Shown here: piece by piece, positions 18,802 to 28,066 of the stretch | Numbering within the stretch: the stretch's first letter is position 1 | Layout: each line of letters begins with the position of its first letter | NCBI GenBank assembly: GCA_963737065.1 | Contig: CAVTRC010000002.1 | Location: forward strand, 480,001-544,000 | DNA: 64,000 bases | Origin: Candidatus Eremiobacteria bacterium | GTDB taxonomy: Bacteria > Vulcanimicrobiota > Vulcanimicrobiia > Vulcanimicrobiales > Vulcanimicrobiaceae | Direction: 5' to 3' | Program-made: the position numbers and the translations under genes | The notes under the pieces: model-generated | Told to the model about the DNA's origin: nothing | Databases searched by the model: none | What the model saw: only the letters and a program-made list of their open reading frames with translations

Positions 18802-19518
18802 ATGTTGCGCCGTTGGGCTGTCGGTCTGCTCGTTGTCGGTTCTGCCGCATGCTCGAGTCGCACACCGTATTCGACTCATGTCGGCTTGCTCGAGCCGGGT
18901 TCAACGTTGACCGTCGTCGTTGCCAATGCAAACGTCGACGTCTACAAGCCCGCGCAAGGCCAAGCATCGGATCAGTACACCGTATCGGCCACCGCACTGG
19001 ACCGAGCGAATCCTCCGCCACCCGCGATCGTGCACGCGCGAAACGGCGTCGTGATTCGCGCCACGGATCCGCTCGACGAGATCCTCGTACGTCTTCCGGA
19101 CGAGGTCAATCTCGTTGTTCGATCGGCGCGAGGCAGCGTAAACGTCACCGAAGTGAACGGCGCAATCGACGTCCACGGCGGCCAAGGCAACGTGCGGATC
19201 ACGGTCCCCGGCGTTGCGCAGGCGCAAACGACCAATGGAAACATCGATGCAACGATCGGCGCAATCGAATGGCGCGGCACACTGAAGTTCGTTGCCGGTA
19301 CCGGAGACGTGAACGTGTACATTCCCGAGACGGCGAAATTCCACGCGCGGCTGCATACGGACAACGGAACGATCGTTACGGACTTCGGCCTCCGCGGGAC
19401 GTCGGCCGGCGATAATCAAACGATCGATGCGCCCGTCAACGGCGGCGGCAGCTCCGGCGTCGATGTCGAATCGCATTTCGGAACGGTTCGCCTCCTTCGT
19501 TCGGCGCCGCAAGCATAG
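18802..19518 (+). CDS. Lipoprotein with DUF4097/adhesin-like beta-strand repeats
   Basis: Lipobox-like SAAC; repeated S/T-x-x-G-x-V/I motifs. Confidence 0.75.
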   Translation: MLRRWAVGLLVVGSAACSSRTPYSTHVGLLEPGSTLTVVVANANVDVYKPAQGQASDQYTVSATALDRANPPPPAIVHARNGVVIRATDPLDEILVRLPDEVNLVVRSARGSVNVTEVNGAIDVHGGQGNVRITVPGVAQAQTTNGNIDATIGAIEWRGTLKFVAGTGDVNVYIPETAKFHARLHTDNGTIVTDFGLRGTSAGDNQTIDAPVNGGGSSGVDVESHFGTVRLLRSAPQA

Positions 19519-19526
19519 TCGCGCGT

Positions 19527-20948
19527 CTATTCGTTGAGAATCGCTCCGGGATTCATGATACCCGACGGGTCGAGCGCGCGCTTGAGCGTCCGCATCAAAT
19601 CCATCTCGACGATGCTTCGATGCGCGAGCAGTTCGTCTCGACGATACCGTCCGATGCCGTGCTCTGCGGTGATGCTTCCGCGGAAATCCGCGATGAGCTC
19701 GTAGACATCGGCGCCGATTGCGTCGGCGTCGGAAAGACTCGTGCCGGAGAGCAGCACGTTGAAATGAATGTTGCCGTCGCCGAGGTGGCCGAACGCGAGC
19801 ACCGACGCCCCGGGATAATCGCGTTCGATCTTCTCGGTTGCGCGCGCGATGAAGTGCGCGATCGACGAGAGCGGTACGGAAACGTCGTGCTTGACGCTTC
19901 GTCCACGACGCTTCTCGGTTTCCGTGATCGTTTCGCGCCACTCCCATAATGCGCGAGCTTGAGTGGTCGTTTCCGCAATAACGATCGCACCTGCGAAGCC
20001 GCGCTCGTCGATCACGATGAACGCGTCTTCCGCAGCCGCGCGCAGCGTCGAAAGCGATGAACTCGCTTCAACGAGCAAATACCACGCATGTTGTTTCATC
20101 GGACGCCGAAGCGACGGTTCGTGCGTGAGGCGAAGCGCAAGCGCGCGATCGGGAATGAGTTCACATGCGCTCAACGTCTCGCCGAGCATGCCCTGCAGCG
20201 TCGAAAACACGCGCAGCGCGCTCTCGCATGAGTCGACTCCAACGAGCGCCGTAACGCGTTGCCGCGGAAGCGGAAAAAGACGTAGCACGGCTCGCGTAAC
20301 GATTCCGAGCGTACCTTCCGCGCCGACGAAGAGCTGCTTCCAATCGTATCCGGCGTTGTCTTTGTAGAGCGCGCGCAATCCGTCGACGATCCGTCCGTCG
20401 GGAAGTACCGCTTCCAAGCCCAAGATAAGTGAGCGCATCGTTCCGTAGCGAAGTACGGCCGTTCCACCGGCGTTCGTAGAAATCAACCCGCCGATTTGTG
20501 CGCTTCCCTCCGCCGCGAGAGACAATGGAAAGAGACGCTGCGCGCGCATTGCCGCGTGCTGCAGATCGGCGAGCACACATCCCGCTTCCACAGTCGCCGC
20601 ATACGCCTGCGCATCGATGGAGAGAATACGTCGCATGCGGGACATGCTCACGACGACGGCATCGCGCACATCGAGCGGCGTTGCCGCAGCCGCGAGTCCC
20701 GTGTTCCCGCCTTGCGGCACGATCGGCACGCGCGCGCCCGAACAGACCCGTACGATTTCGCTCACTTGTTCCGTCGATGCAGGGCGGACGACCGCGCTTG
20801 CGCGCCCGACGTACCTGCCGCGCCAGTCGGTAACGTATGGCTCGATCGACGCCGGATCGGTCAGAACCGCAGCTTCGCCGCATGCATCGCGCAATGCGTC
20901 GAGCAGCTGCGCCGGGGTTAAACGAGCACTCGTGTCATGAGCCGCCAC
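19527..20948 (-). CDS. FAD-linked oxidase (D-2-hydroxyacid dehydrogenase family)
   Basis: PQGGNTG, NAGG..LRYG, KDNAGYD, GAEGTLG, GHLGDGNIH, AEHGIG, DP.GIMNPG motifs. Confidence 0.9.
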   Translation of the reverse strand: MAAHDTSARLTPAQLLDALRDACGEAAVLTDPASIEPYVTDWRGRYVGRASAVVRPASTEQVSEIVRVCSGARVPIVPQGGNTGLAAAATPLDVRDAVVVSMSRMRRILSIDAQAYAATVEAGCVLADLQHAAMRAQRLFPLSLAAEGSAQIGGLISTNAGGTAVLRYGTMRSLILGLEAVLPDGRIVDGLRALYKDNAGYDWKQLFVGAEGTLGIVTRAVLRLFPLPRQRVTALVGVDSCESALRVFSTLQGMLGETLSACELIPDRALALRLTHEPSLRRPMKQHAWYLLVEASSSLSTLRAAAEDAFIVIDERGFAGAIVIAETTTQARALWEWRETITETEKRRGRSVKHDVSVPLSSIAHFIARATEKIERDYPGASVLAFGHLGDGNIHFNVLLSGTSLSDADAIGADVYELIADFRGSITAEHGIGRYRRDELLAHRSIVEMDLMRTLKRALDPSGIMNPGAILNE

Positions 20949-20955
20949 TTCGTCC

Positions 20956-21515
20956 CTAGGCTAGGGCGAGACGCTGGGTCATGTCGAGTTCATATCGGCC
21001 GTACGGGTTCACGTGCTCCCAAATCAGCGGCGTAAGGGCGCGGTGGTCGATCGGTGTAAGCCGGCGTTTCCAATTGGGTCTGCCCAGTATCTGCTGCAAC
21101 ATCAGGATGTGGATGAGACGAGACAATTCTGCAGCAGGTGGAGCGAGAGCATGGTGATTTCGTGGTCTTCGTGTCGATTACTGGCGAGCTCGCCGCGCTT
21201 CGCAAAAAAGACGAAGTCGTTCGCCCCGTTCCATTGCTCGATGACGTTGACGCCCTCATGGATTTCGCGCCTGAGGGGTTCGGAATGCAGACACCGACAC
21301 AGAAAGACGGTGTTGAACGCCTTACCGAGCTCCGCCAGCGCCTTGCAGGTGGGATGCTGAATCTTTGTACGCGTAAAGCGTCGCAAGATCGATTCGGTCT
21401 GCGCGGTTCCCAGTGGCAATGCTGTCGCGTACTTCACCATCCGATCGTAACTGGCGCCGAATCAACTTCCAAGCAATGCTTCGGGCGAGTACCGGTTCCA
21501 ACCGTTCGTAACCCC
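20956..21515 (-). pseudogene. C-terminal remnant of a Tn3-family transposase (two frameshifts)
   Basis: Joined frames read [17 protein letters not shown] / [44 protein letters not shown] / [29 protein letters not shown]; shifts near 21450 and 21115. Confidence 0.88.
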
Positions 21516-21639
21516 GGCAGATTCGCGCATTGTCGTTGCTTCAGCCGTGGCCTTTCTCATGGCGTTTGGTGAAAAGGGCAGCGAATCGAAACATGATTCG
21601 GCCCGCTGCCGACGGTTCGTTAGTCGCTTCGGGCGGTTT

Positions 21640-22998
21640 TCAGCCGCCCATGGCCGCCCGCAGCTGGACCTGCGTCCAGGCCGGATGCTGCACCAGCACC
21701 CCGTGCCCGGCCGGGCCGGGGTAGGTGATCATGCTCGCCCGGTCCATGCCCATGCTGGCTTGCAGTCCGGTGATCATCGCCCGGCCATACGTCCACTGGT
21801 CGAACAGGTCTTCGTAACCGTTGAGCAGTGTCACGTGACCGCTGATGGCGAAGTCCGCGCAATTGCTCGCCACCGGCGCGTTGATCGCGGAGGTATCCGT
21901 TCGGCAGATCCCGCCGTTGGTGATACTCATCTGCAGCGGACCGTACGCGGTGCAGCCGCTGGACGTGAAACCGCGCGCAGGCGTGGAGCAGTAGGCCACG
22001 CCGAAGTCGTTGGCTTCTTGCCGCTCCGCCAGAAACACCGCATCGCCGATGCCGCCGGTGATGCTCCAGGGTGGGGTTTTAATATCGATGACGCTGGCGG
22101 CGACGTACTGATCGCAGTTGTTCTCGATCGCGCAGTGCAGCGTGACGCTCAGCGCGACCGAATCGGTGATCGTCGCGGTGCAGCCGCTGTTGGTTCCGTT
22201 GTTGGCTGCGGTCTGTCCGTCGTACGGAAAGATCAGCTTGGTCAAATCGCCGTCGAGCTCGTTTTTCAGCGAACCGCTCGCCGTCAGCAGCGCGGTGAAC
22301 ATCGTTGCTTCGCACGCCGCCGGGTTATGGTTGGGTTCGCCTTGCAGGCTGCCGCCGGGGCCCGCCGCGACGAGCAGAATGTTGTGGATCGTGCGCGCTG
22401 GATCGGACGTGGGCGAAAGAAACGCGTATTTCATCGCCATCGTCGTTCCGAGCGACCACCCCAGCGGATCGATGACGCTCGTGTCCAGCCCGGCCTTGCC
22501 CGCAATTGTGTTGAGCATGTTGTCCACGTCGCTTGCGACGTGATCTTTGGTGAGGTTGGCAACGGCGGGCGTCATGCCGACGCCGGGATAATCGAAGAGC
22601 AGCAGATGGTAGTCGTGACAGAGCGAGACCGGCGCGTCTTCAAGCGGATTGTACTCCAAGTCGAACTTGATCTTCGGGCTGTAGGTGCTGTTGGTAATCA
22701 TCTCGATCGGCCAGCCCGGAATGATCTGACCCGTGCCCGGAAACATCACGATCAGGTCGTTGCTCTTGGCCCCGTCACCGATGACGACGTATTCCATCTC
22801 ATCGCCGGTTGCGGGATTGGTGACGGTCTGCAGTTTGGTGCGCAAATCGCGCAGCTCGCCGATCTGGCTGCACGGCACGGATTTCGCCGTTAGCGGCGCG
22901 GGCGGTGCGCCGCCGCCGCCCGACGAGCCGCTGCCGCACGCAGCGAGAAATGCGAATAGAGGAACGACGATAAAGCGCTCGATCTTCACGATGCGCAA
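21640..22998 (-). CDS. Cys-rich alpha/beta-hydrolase-fold lipoprotein
   Basis: Lipobox LAAC plus Gly/Ser linker, FDYPGVG, nucleophile elbow GWSLG, C-terminal GHG. Confidence 0.75.
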   Translation of the reverse strand: MRIVKIERFIVVPLFAFLAACGSGSSGGGGAPPAPLTAKSVPCSQIGELRDLRTKLQTVTNPATGDEMEYVVIGDGAKSNDLIVMFPGTGQIIPGWPIEMITNSTYSPKIKFDLEYNPLEDAPVSLCHDYHLLLFDYPGVGMTPAVANLTKDHVASDVDNMLNTIAGKAGLDTSVIDPLGWSLGTTMAMKYAFLSPTSDPARTIHNILLVAAGPGGSLQGEPNHNPAACEATMFTALLTASGSLKNELDGDLTKLIFPYDGQTAANNGTNSGCTATITDSVALSVTLHCAIENNCDQYVAASVIDIKTPPWSITGGIGDAVFLAERQEANDFGVAYCSTPARGFTSSGCTAYGPLQMSITNGGICRTDTSAINAPVASNCADFAISGHVTLLNGYEDLFDQWTYGRAMITGLQASMGMDRASMITYPGPAGHGVLVQHPAWTQVQLRAAMGG

Positions 22999-23355
22999 TT
23001 CTCCCAGCGCCGGTCCAAACCCGCTCGCGGTACAACCAACCCAATTCGGACGATAATAGAAACAGATGAACGGGTTCAGCGGGTATCGCGCGGGCGCGCA
23101 ATTCGCTCTCCAGTGGTCGCTCGGCGCGTTCGAGAAATTCGATGAACGCGGTGACGGAGGTCTGGCGGCAGAATCGGCGGGTCGAGAAGGGCAAGTTCCG
23201 AGCCTGCGGGGCGTCTCGAATGCGAAAAGTGCTATTTATTCCGTTTCGTGAAATGACGCCAAGTAATTCGGCGCGCCGGTATCAATAGAACGTCAGAATG
23301 TCGTTAAAAGGCGCCAGCAGTCAACAAAAGCAAGGTCGCCTTCGGCAGTGCCGGC

Positions 23356-24297
23356 TCATGACGCGAGTGCTCGTTTTACCCCGAGAAGCTGCTCTTTCGC
23401 CTTGATCAGCCTTACCATCGCGTCATTGTACGGTGTCGGCGTACCCGTACGCCGCCCGAACGCAACGATTGCGCCGTTGATGTGATCGATCTCGCTCGGA
23501 TGGCCCGACTCCAGATCGAACGCCATTGAACTTTTGGAATCGGCACCGAGTTCGATCACTTGCGTAACGTATTGCCACGGGTTTACGAATGGCAGGTTGA
23601 TCTTCAGTGCCGCCGCGACGGCCGCAGCTTCTTCTGCAAGCGATTCGGAAAGATGCGCAGCGTTGGGATCTTTGAGGATCTCGCCGCTCTCGCAGTCGAG
23701 CATCGCTGAAACGGCGTTGATGGCCGCGTTCGCAACGAGTTTGCCCCATAGATGCGGACGGATGTCATACGCCACGGACGCGCGTAAGCCGGAACGCGTC
23801 AGGAGATCGGCGACCATACGCGCCGTCGCGGGCGCAGCCGACGCCGAACCAATGATGGTATTGCCTTGTTCGGAACTGCGCACGCGGCCGGCGTCCGTCG
23901 TGAACGACGATTCGGTCGTGATTCCGAGCACGACGGGAACCGCTCCGCCGAGCGCGGTCTTGATGGCGTCTTCATTGCCGACGCCGTTTTGCAATGAGAC
24001 GATGGGTGTCGCGGGATTGAGTTCCCCCGCGAAAGGCCGGAGTGCGCGCAGCGTGTCGACGGCCTTTACGAACAAGAACAGGATACCGGAGCCGAACAGT
24101 TCGCGCGCCGACGACGCAATCTTCACCGAACGCGGCGGCGCGTCGTTGACCGCGAGGCCGTCCCGTGCGATGGCGCGTGCGGTATCGGCGTTGGTCTCTA
24201 AGATCGCAACGTCACTCGTCCCGGTCAAGTGATATCCGAACAGGGTTCCCATCGAACCCGCACCGATAATGCCCACCTTCAGTCTGGCATCGCTCAT
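23356..24297 (-). CDS. panE: 2-dehydropantoate 2-reductase
   Basis: GAGSMG, FVKA, LQNG, WGKLVANAAIN, SSM..D, SEIDHING motifs. Confidence 0.92.
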   Translation of the reverse strand: MSDARLKVGIIGAGSMGTLFGYHLTGTSDVAILETNADTARAIARDGLAVNDAPPRSVKIASSARELFGSGILFLFVKAVDTLRALRPFAGELNPATPIVSLQNGVGNEDAIKTALGGAVPVVLGITTESSFTTDAGRVRSSEQGNTIIGSASAAPATARMVADLLTRSGLRASVAYDIRPHLWGKLVANAAINAVSAMLDCESGEILKDPNAAHLSESLAEEAAAVAAALKINLPFVNPWQYVTQVIELGADSKSSMAFDLESGHPSEIDHINGAIVAFGRRTGTPTPYNDAMVRLIKAKEQLLGVKRALAS

Positions 24298-24355
24298 TGC
24301 GCGGCGATTCTCTGATCGATTCTCTGCGACCTAGCGCAGTCCGCCGAGTAACGCT

Positions 24356-25975
24356 TTACGGAAACTGCGTTTGAAACCCGTACGTGAACCGGCGCACCGG
24401 CTGGTTCACTGCGCGCTCGCCGACGAAGAGTTGCAGATTTTTTGTGATGTTGAAGTTCCCGTAGACGTCGAGTTGCGGCCACTGCGGATTGAACACCCGC
24501 GCCTCCAATCCGAAGAGCCGCGCGTTGTATTGTCCGAGGAAGCCGACCTGCGAGTACAGCACGCCCGCCCCAACGCGCACCTTCGGCGAGAGTGAGTCCA
24601 ATAGGACCGCGTTCGCCGTGGTTCCGTGTCCGATGTTATTTGCACCGACCATGAAGCCGGTCTTCGTACGAGGAAGCAAGATCAAATTGAGGTCGGATTG
24701 GGGTCCTCGATTCGACGTGAACAGCGCGTTCGGGCAGCAGACCGTCTGCGAATTCAATTCGCTCATGCGGAATTGAATTGCGACCAGATGCTTCGCGATC
24801 TCGGTCAACCGGCTCTTCAGCTGCATCTCTTGCGGCGTGGGACCGCCGCTCGAATTCATCGGATACGGCGTTGCGCCGGCCGCGGGTGCCGGCGTCGTGT
24901 AGGGACCGCTGGCCGGCAGCGTGAGCGCGTGTGTCGTGCCCGTCGGAACGGGATACGGCGTTGCGCCTTGGTCGATGCCGTACACGCTACTCTTCCCACC
25001 GAGTTCGCCGAGCAGCGAATTCGCGCGCTGCATCGTCGCATCGAGGTTTGCCACCGTGTTCTTCATCTGCGCTTGCGTCTGCGGATCACCGGTGACGTTC
25101 TGCAAATCGCGCGTGAGGTCAGAGATATTTTGCGTCGTGTCCTTGATATTCTGAACCGTCGCGAGCAGGTTGCCCTTGAGCTGCGGATTCGTCGCGAGCG
25201 ATTCGAGCTGCGTCATCGAGACGTTGAGCGCACGGGACGTCGCATCGAACTGCACGAGCATATCGTTAATGCGACGTGAATTGAGCTTTGCGGTATCATT
25301 GAGCGTGCCGGTCAGCGAGACAATGTTCGCGCTCGCTTGAGTCAAGCTCGACTGGAGCTGCGCCGTCATCGTGGTCACCGAGCTCTTCATCGTCAGCGTG
25401 AGGTCGTTCGCATTTACCATCGCTTGCTGCAACGTATCGAGTAGCTTGGGCTCGCGTTTCTCGAGATCGGCCATCATGGTATCGAGTCGTTTGATTTCGC
25501 CTTGCCCTTGTTCGAGCAGATCCGCAATGGTCGCCGTGTTCGTTCCTTGCGGCTGCTGATCGACCGGCAGTACCCTGCGTTCGAGCAGCGCGACGGCGGG
25601 GGGTGCCGGGGTGGGACCAGTGATACCCGAGGGCCGTGGGCGCGGTACCGGCGGAACGATCAACAAATTGGGATCGCCGGTCAGCGGCGCTTGAATCAAA
25701 AAACGCGACGCGCTCGGGATGTCGACGTCGCGGTTGATCGCGAGGATAACGTCGACGGTATTATCCGGCAAGAGCGTGATGGAGTCGACTGTACCGACCG
25801 TCACGCCGCTGAAATAGACGAGCGCCCCTGAGTGTAACCCCGCCGCCGATTCGAAGTGAACGCCTATGCGATACCCGGTATGTCGCGTTCCGAAATCGGT
25901 GATGACGTAAAACACTCCGAAAAGGAGCAGTAACGCCAAAATCGCAAACGCCCCGACTTGAGCCTGCTTCGTCAT
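24356..25975 (-). CDS. mlaD: Long MlaD/MCE-family protein
   Basis: N-terminal TM, MCE motif F.SAAGL..GA.V..SGV.VG.V, long helical region, beta-rich C-terminus; follows mlaE and mlaF. Confidence 0.85.
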   Translation of the reverse strand: MTKQAQVGAFAILALLLLFGVFYVITDFGTRHTGYRIGVHFESAAGLHSGALVYFSGVTVGTVDSITLLPDNTVDVILAINRDVDIPSASRFLIQAPLTGDPNLLIVPPVPRPRPSGITGPTPAPPAVALLERRVLPVDQQPQGTNTATIADLLEQGQGEIKRLDTMMADLEKREPKLLDTLQQAMVNANDLTLTMKSSVTTMTAQLQSSLTQASANIVSLTGTLNDTAKLNSRRINDMLVQFDATSRALNVSMTQLESLATNPQLKGNLLATVQNIKDTTQNISDLTRDLQNVTGDPQTQAQMKNTVANLDATMQRANSLLGELGGKSSVYGIDQGATPYPVPTGTTHALTLPASGPYTTPAPAAGATPYPMNSSGGPTPQEMQLKSRLTEIAKHLVAIQFRMSELNSQTVCCPNALFTSNRGPQSDLNLILLPRTKTGFMVGANNIGHGTTANAVLLDSLSPKVRVGAGVLYSQVGFLGQYNARLFGLEARVFNPQWPQLDVYGNFNITKNLQLFVGERAVNQPVRRFTYGFQTQFP

Positions 25976-26077
25976 TGTCGCCCTACTTACGCTGCGCACT
26001 TCCAGTTGCCTGGCGCTCGCGCTGTGGCGCCCTTCGTACGCGCTTCGGGAACTTAACCCGCTGCGGCCCGCCCCCCT

Positions 26078-26541
26078 CGCCGCAACCGAATTGCGCAGTG
26101 CCCGTCAAAACGCACGGAATCCCACTTGAACGAAGTTGTATTGGGGGACCCACGCGCTGTGCGTCGTGGGGCGGCGCGCAGCAACGCAGTTGCGGAGTGC
26201 CGGTTAAAACGTACGGAGATCCCACTTGAACGAAGTTCTCATTGGGGGACAAACGCGCTGTGCGTCGTGGGGGGCGCGCAGCAACGCAGTTGCGGAGTGC
26301 CGGTTAAAACGTACGGGGACCCATTTGAACGAAGTTGTAATTCGGGGGACCCCACGCGCTGTGCGTGTGGGGGGCGCGCAGCAACGCAGTTGCGCAGTGC
26401 CGGTTAAAACGCAGGGGACCCATTTGAACGAAGTTGTATTGGGGGACCCCACGCGCTGTGCGTGTGGGGGGCGCGCAGCAACGGAGTTGCGGAGTGCCGG
26501 TTAAACAACAAGGGGACCCATTTGAACGAAGTTCAAATGGG
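26078..26541. repeat. Tandem array of ~99-bp multi-hairpin units (~4.5 copies)
   Basis: TTGAACGAAGTT recurs at 26126, 26226, 26325, 26424 and 26522; each unit carries three inverted repeats. Confidence 0.95.
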
Positions 26542-27288
26542 GATAGGTCCAACTTCCGAGCCTTGAATGAACTGCTGGACGATTGGATTCGGTGAGCGTT
26601 TGATTTCGTCGACGGTGCCGTAGGCGATGATCGCGCCTTCGAAGAGCATCGCGACGTAGTCAGCCATCATGTAGATCGATTGTAGATCGTGCGAAATGAC
26701 GACCGCCGTGCCATTGAGCTTCTGGCGTAGCCGGACGACCGTGTCGGTGATCAAATGCGTGACGATGGGATCGAGCCCGGTCGTCGGCTCGTCGTAGAGA
26801 ATCAATTCCGGCTTGGTTACGATCGCGCGCGCGAACCCGGCGCGTTTGAGCATGCCGCCGGAGAGCTCGCTCGGCATGCTCTCGTACGTATGCGCGAGCC
26901 CTACTGAGTCGAGCGCGTCGACCACGATCTTGTAAATCGCACTATCCGCGAGGCGGGTGTGTTCGCGCAACGGCAGTGCAACGTTGTCGCCGACCGTCAA
27001 ACTATCGAGAAGCGCTGCGAATTGGAACGACAAGCTGATCGTCCGACGCACTTCGTTGAGCTGCGTTTCGGAAATGTGACAGATGTCGACGTCGCGCACA
27101 TAGACGTGGCCCGCGTCGGGTTTTCGCAGGCCATCGAGCAGGCGCAAAATCGTCGATTTTCCCGCGCCCGAGAGACCGATGATACACGTGATTGCGCCTT
27201 CGACGACGTCGAGGCTGCAATTCTTGAGGATAACGCGATCGCCGTAGTAGAGCGACACATCGTCGAGCTTCGCCAGAACGTCGGGCAC
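26533..27288 (-). CDS. mlaF: ABC transporter ATPase, MlaF/Mkl family
   Basis: GLSGAGKS, LSGGM, LYDEPTTGLDP, SHD, NPIVQQF motifs. Confidence 0.9.
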   Translation of the reverse strand: MPDVLAKLDDVSLYYGDRVILKNCSLDVVEGAITCIIGLSGAGKSTILRLLDGLRKPDAGHVYVRDVDICHISETQLNEVRRTISLSFQFAALLDSLTVGDNVALPLREHTRLADSAIYKIVVDALDSVGLAHTYESMPSELSGGMLKRAGFARAIVTKPELILYDEPTTGLDPIVTHLITDTVVRLRQKLNGTAVVISHDLQSIYMMADYVAMLFEGAIIAYGTVDEIKRSPNPIVQQFIQGSEVGPIPI

Positions 27289-27289
27289 G

Positions 27290-28066
27290 TCAATGGGCTC
27301 CGAACAAGGCGAACGACAGAATGAAGTTCGAAACGAAAATCATGATGATCGAGAGCACGACCGCGCCGGTTGTCGAGGCGCCCACACCGGCAGCACCGCC
27401 GCGCGTGCGCAAGCCTTGATACGCGCCGATGAGTACGATGATCGCAGCAAAGACGACTGACTTCACCAGCCCCTTCAATACGTCTTCGAATCCGACCGCT
27501 TGGCGAGCCGATGCGAGAAACGTGTCGGTGGAGATATGCGCGTAGGTCTGCGCGATCCACATACCGCCGGCGATGGAGACCACGTCGCCGAACACCGTAA
27601 GCAACGGCAGCATCACCAGGAGCGCGAGGAGCCGCGGAACGACGAGAAACCGCGGAACTTCCAAGCCCATCGAAGTGAGTGCCTCGATCTGCTCGGTGAC
27701 CACCATCGATCCGATCTCCGCAGCGATCGCCGCGCCGACGCGCCCCGCTACGACGACCGCAGTGAGCATCGGTCCCAATTCGCGAACCGATGCAAAGGCG
27801 ACCGCGCCGCCGACGAGACTGCCGACGCCGAACTGCACGGCTTGGACCGCGGACTCGAGTGAGATGACCATGCCCGTGAAGAGCGAGGTGAGAATAACGA
27901 TCGAAATCGATTGCACGCCGAGGAAATAGCACTGGCTGATCGTTTCGATGAACCTGATGCGCAGACGCACCATGAAACTCGTCGAGTCGCCGGCCAACAT
28001 GACGATGCCACCGGCATACTCGAAGAAGTCTACCGTTGCGCGTCCGAAGCGATCGAGAGCTTTCAC
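27290..28066 (-). CDS. mlaE: ABC transporter permease, MlaE family
   Basis: RELGP.LTA..VAGRVGA.IAAEIGSM.VTEQIEAL signature. Confidence 0.93.
   Translation of the reverse strand: MKALDRFGRATVDFFEYAGGIVMLAGDSTSFMVRLRIRFIETISQCYFLGVQSISIVILTSLFTGMVISLESAVQAVQFGVGSLVGGAVAFASVRELGPMLTAVVVAGRVGAAIAAEIGSMVVTEQIEALTSMGLEVPRFLVVPRLLALLVMLPLLTVFGDVVSIAGGMWIAQTYAHISTDTFLASARQAVGFEDVLKGLVKSVVFAAIIVLIGAYQGLRTRGGAAGVGASTTGAVVLSIIMIFVSNFILSFALFGAH

Noticed and set aside
21547..22893. 448-aa plus-strand ORF
   Set aside because: Antisense shadow of the hydrolase gene; Arg-rich with no motifs.
12165..23340. tRNA-Gln-anchored genomic island ending near the recombinase or Tn3 remnant
   Set aside because: I found no duplicate of the tRNA 3' end by eye, and the intervening genes look host-like.
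26078..26541. CRISPR array
   Set aside because: Whole ~99-bp units repeat with no unique spacers, and there are no cas genes in the window.
25975..26552. Repeat-encoded small proteins from the ORF track
   Set aside because: Unit lengths of 98-100 bp break the frame, ORFs appear on both strands, and none has a convincing RBS.
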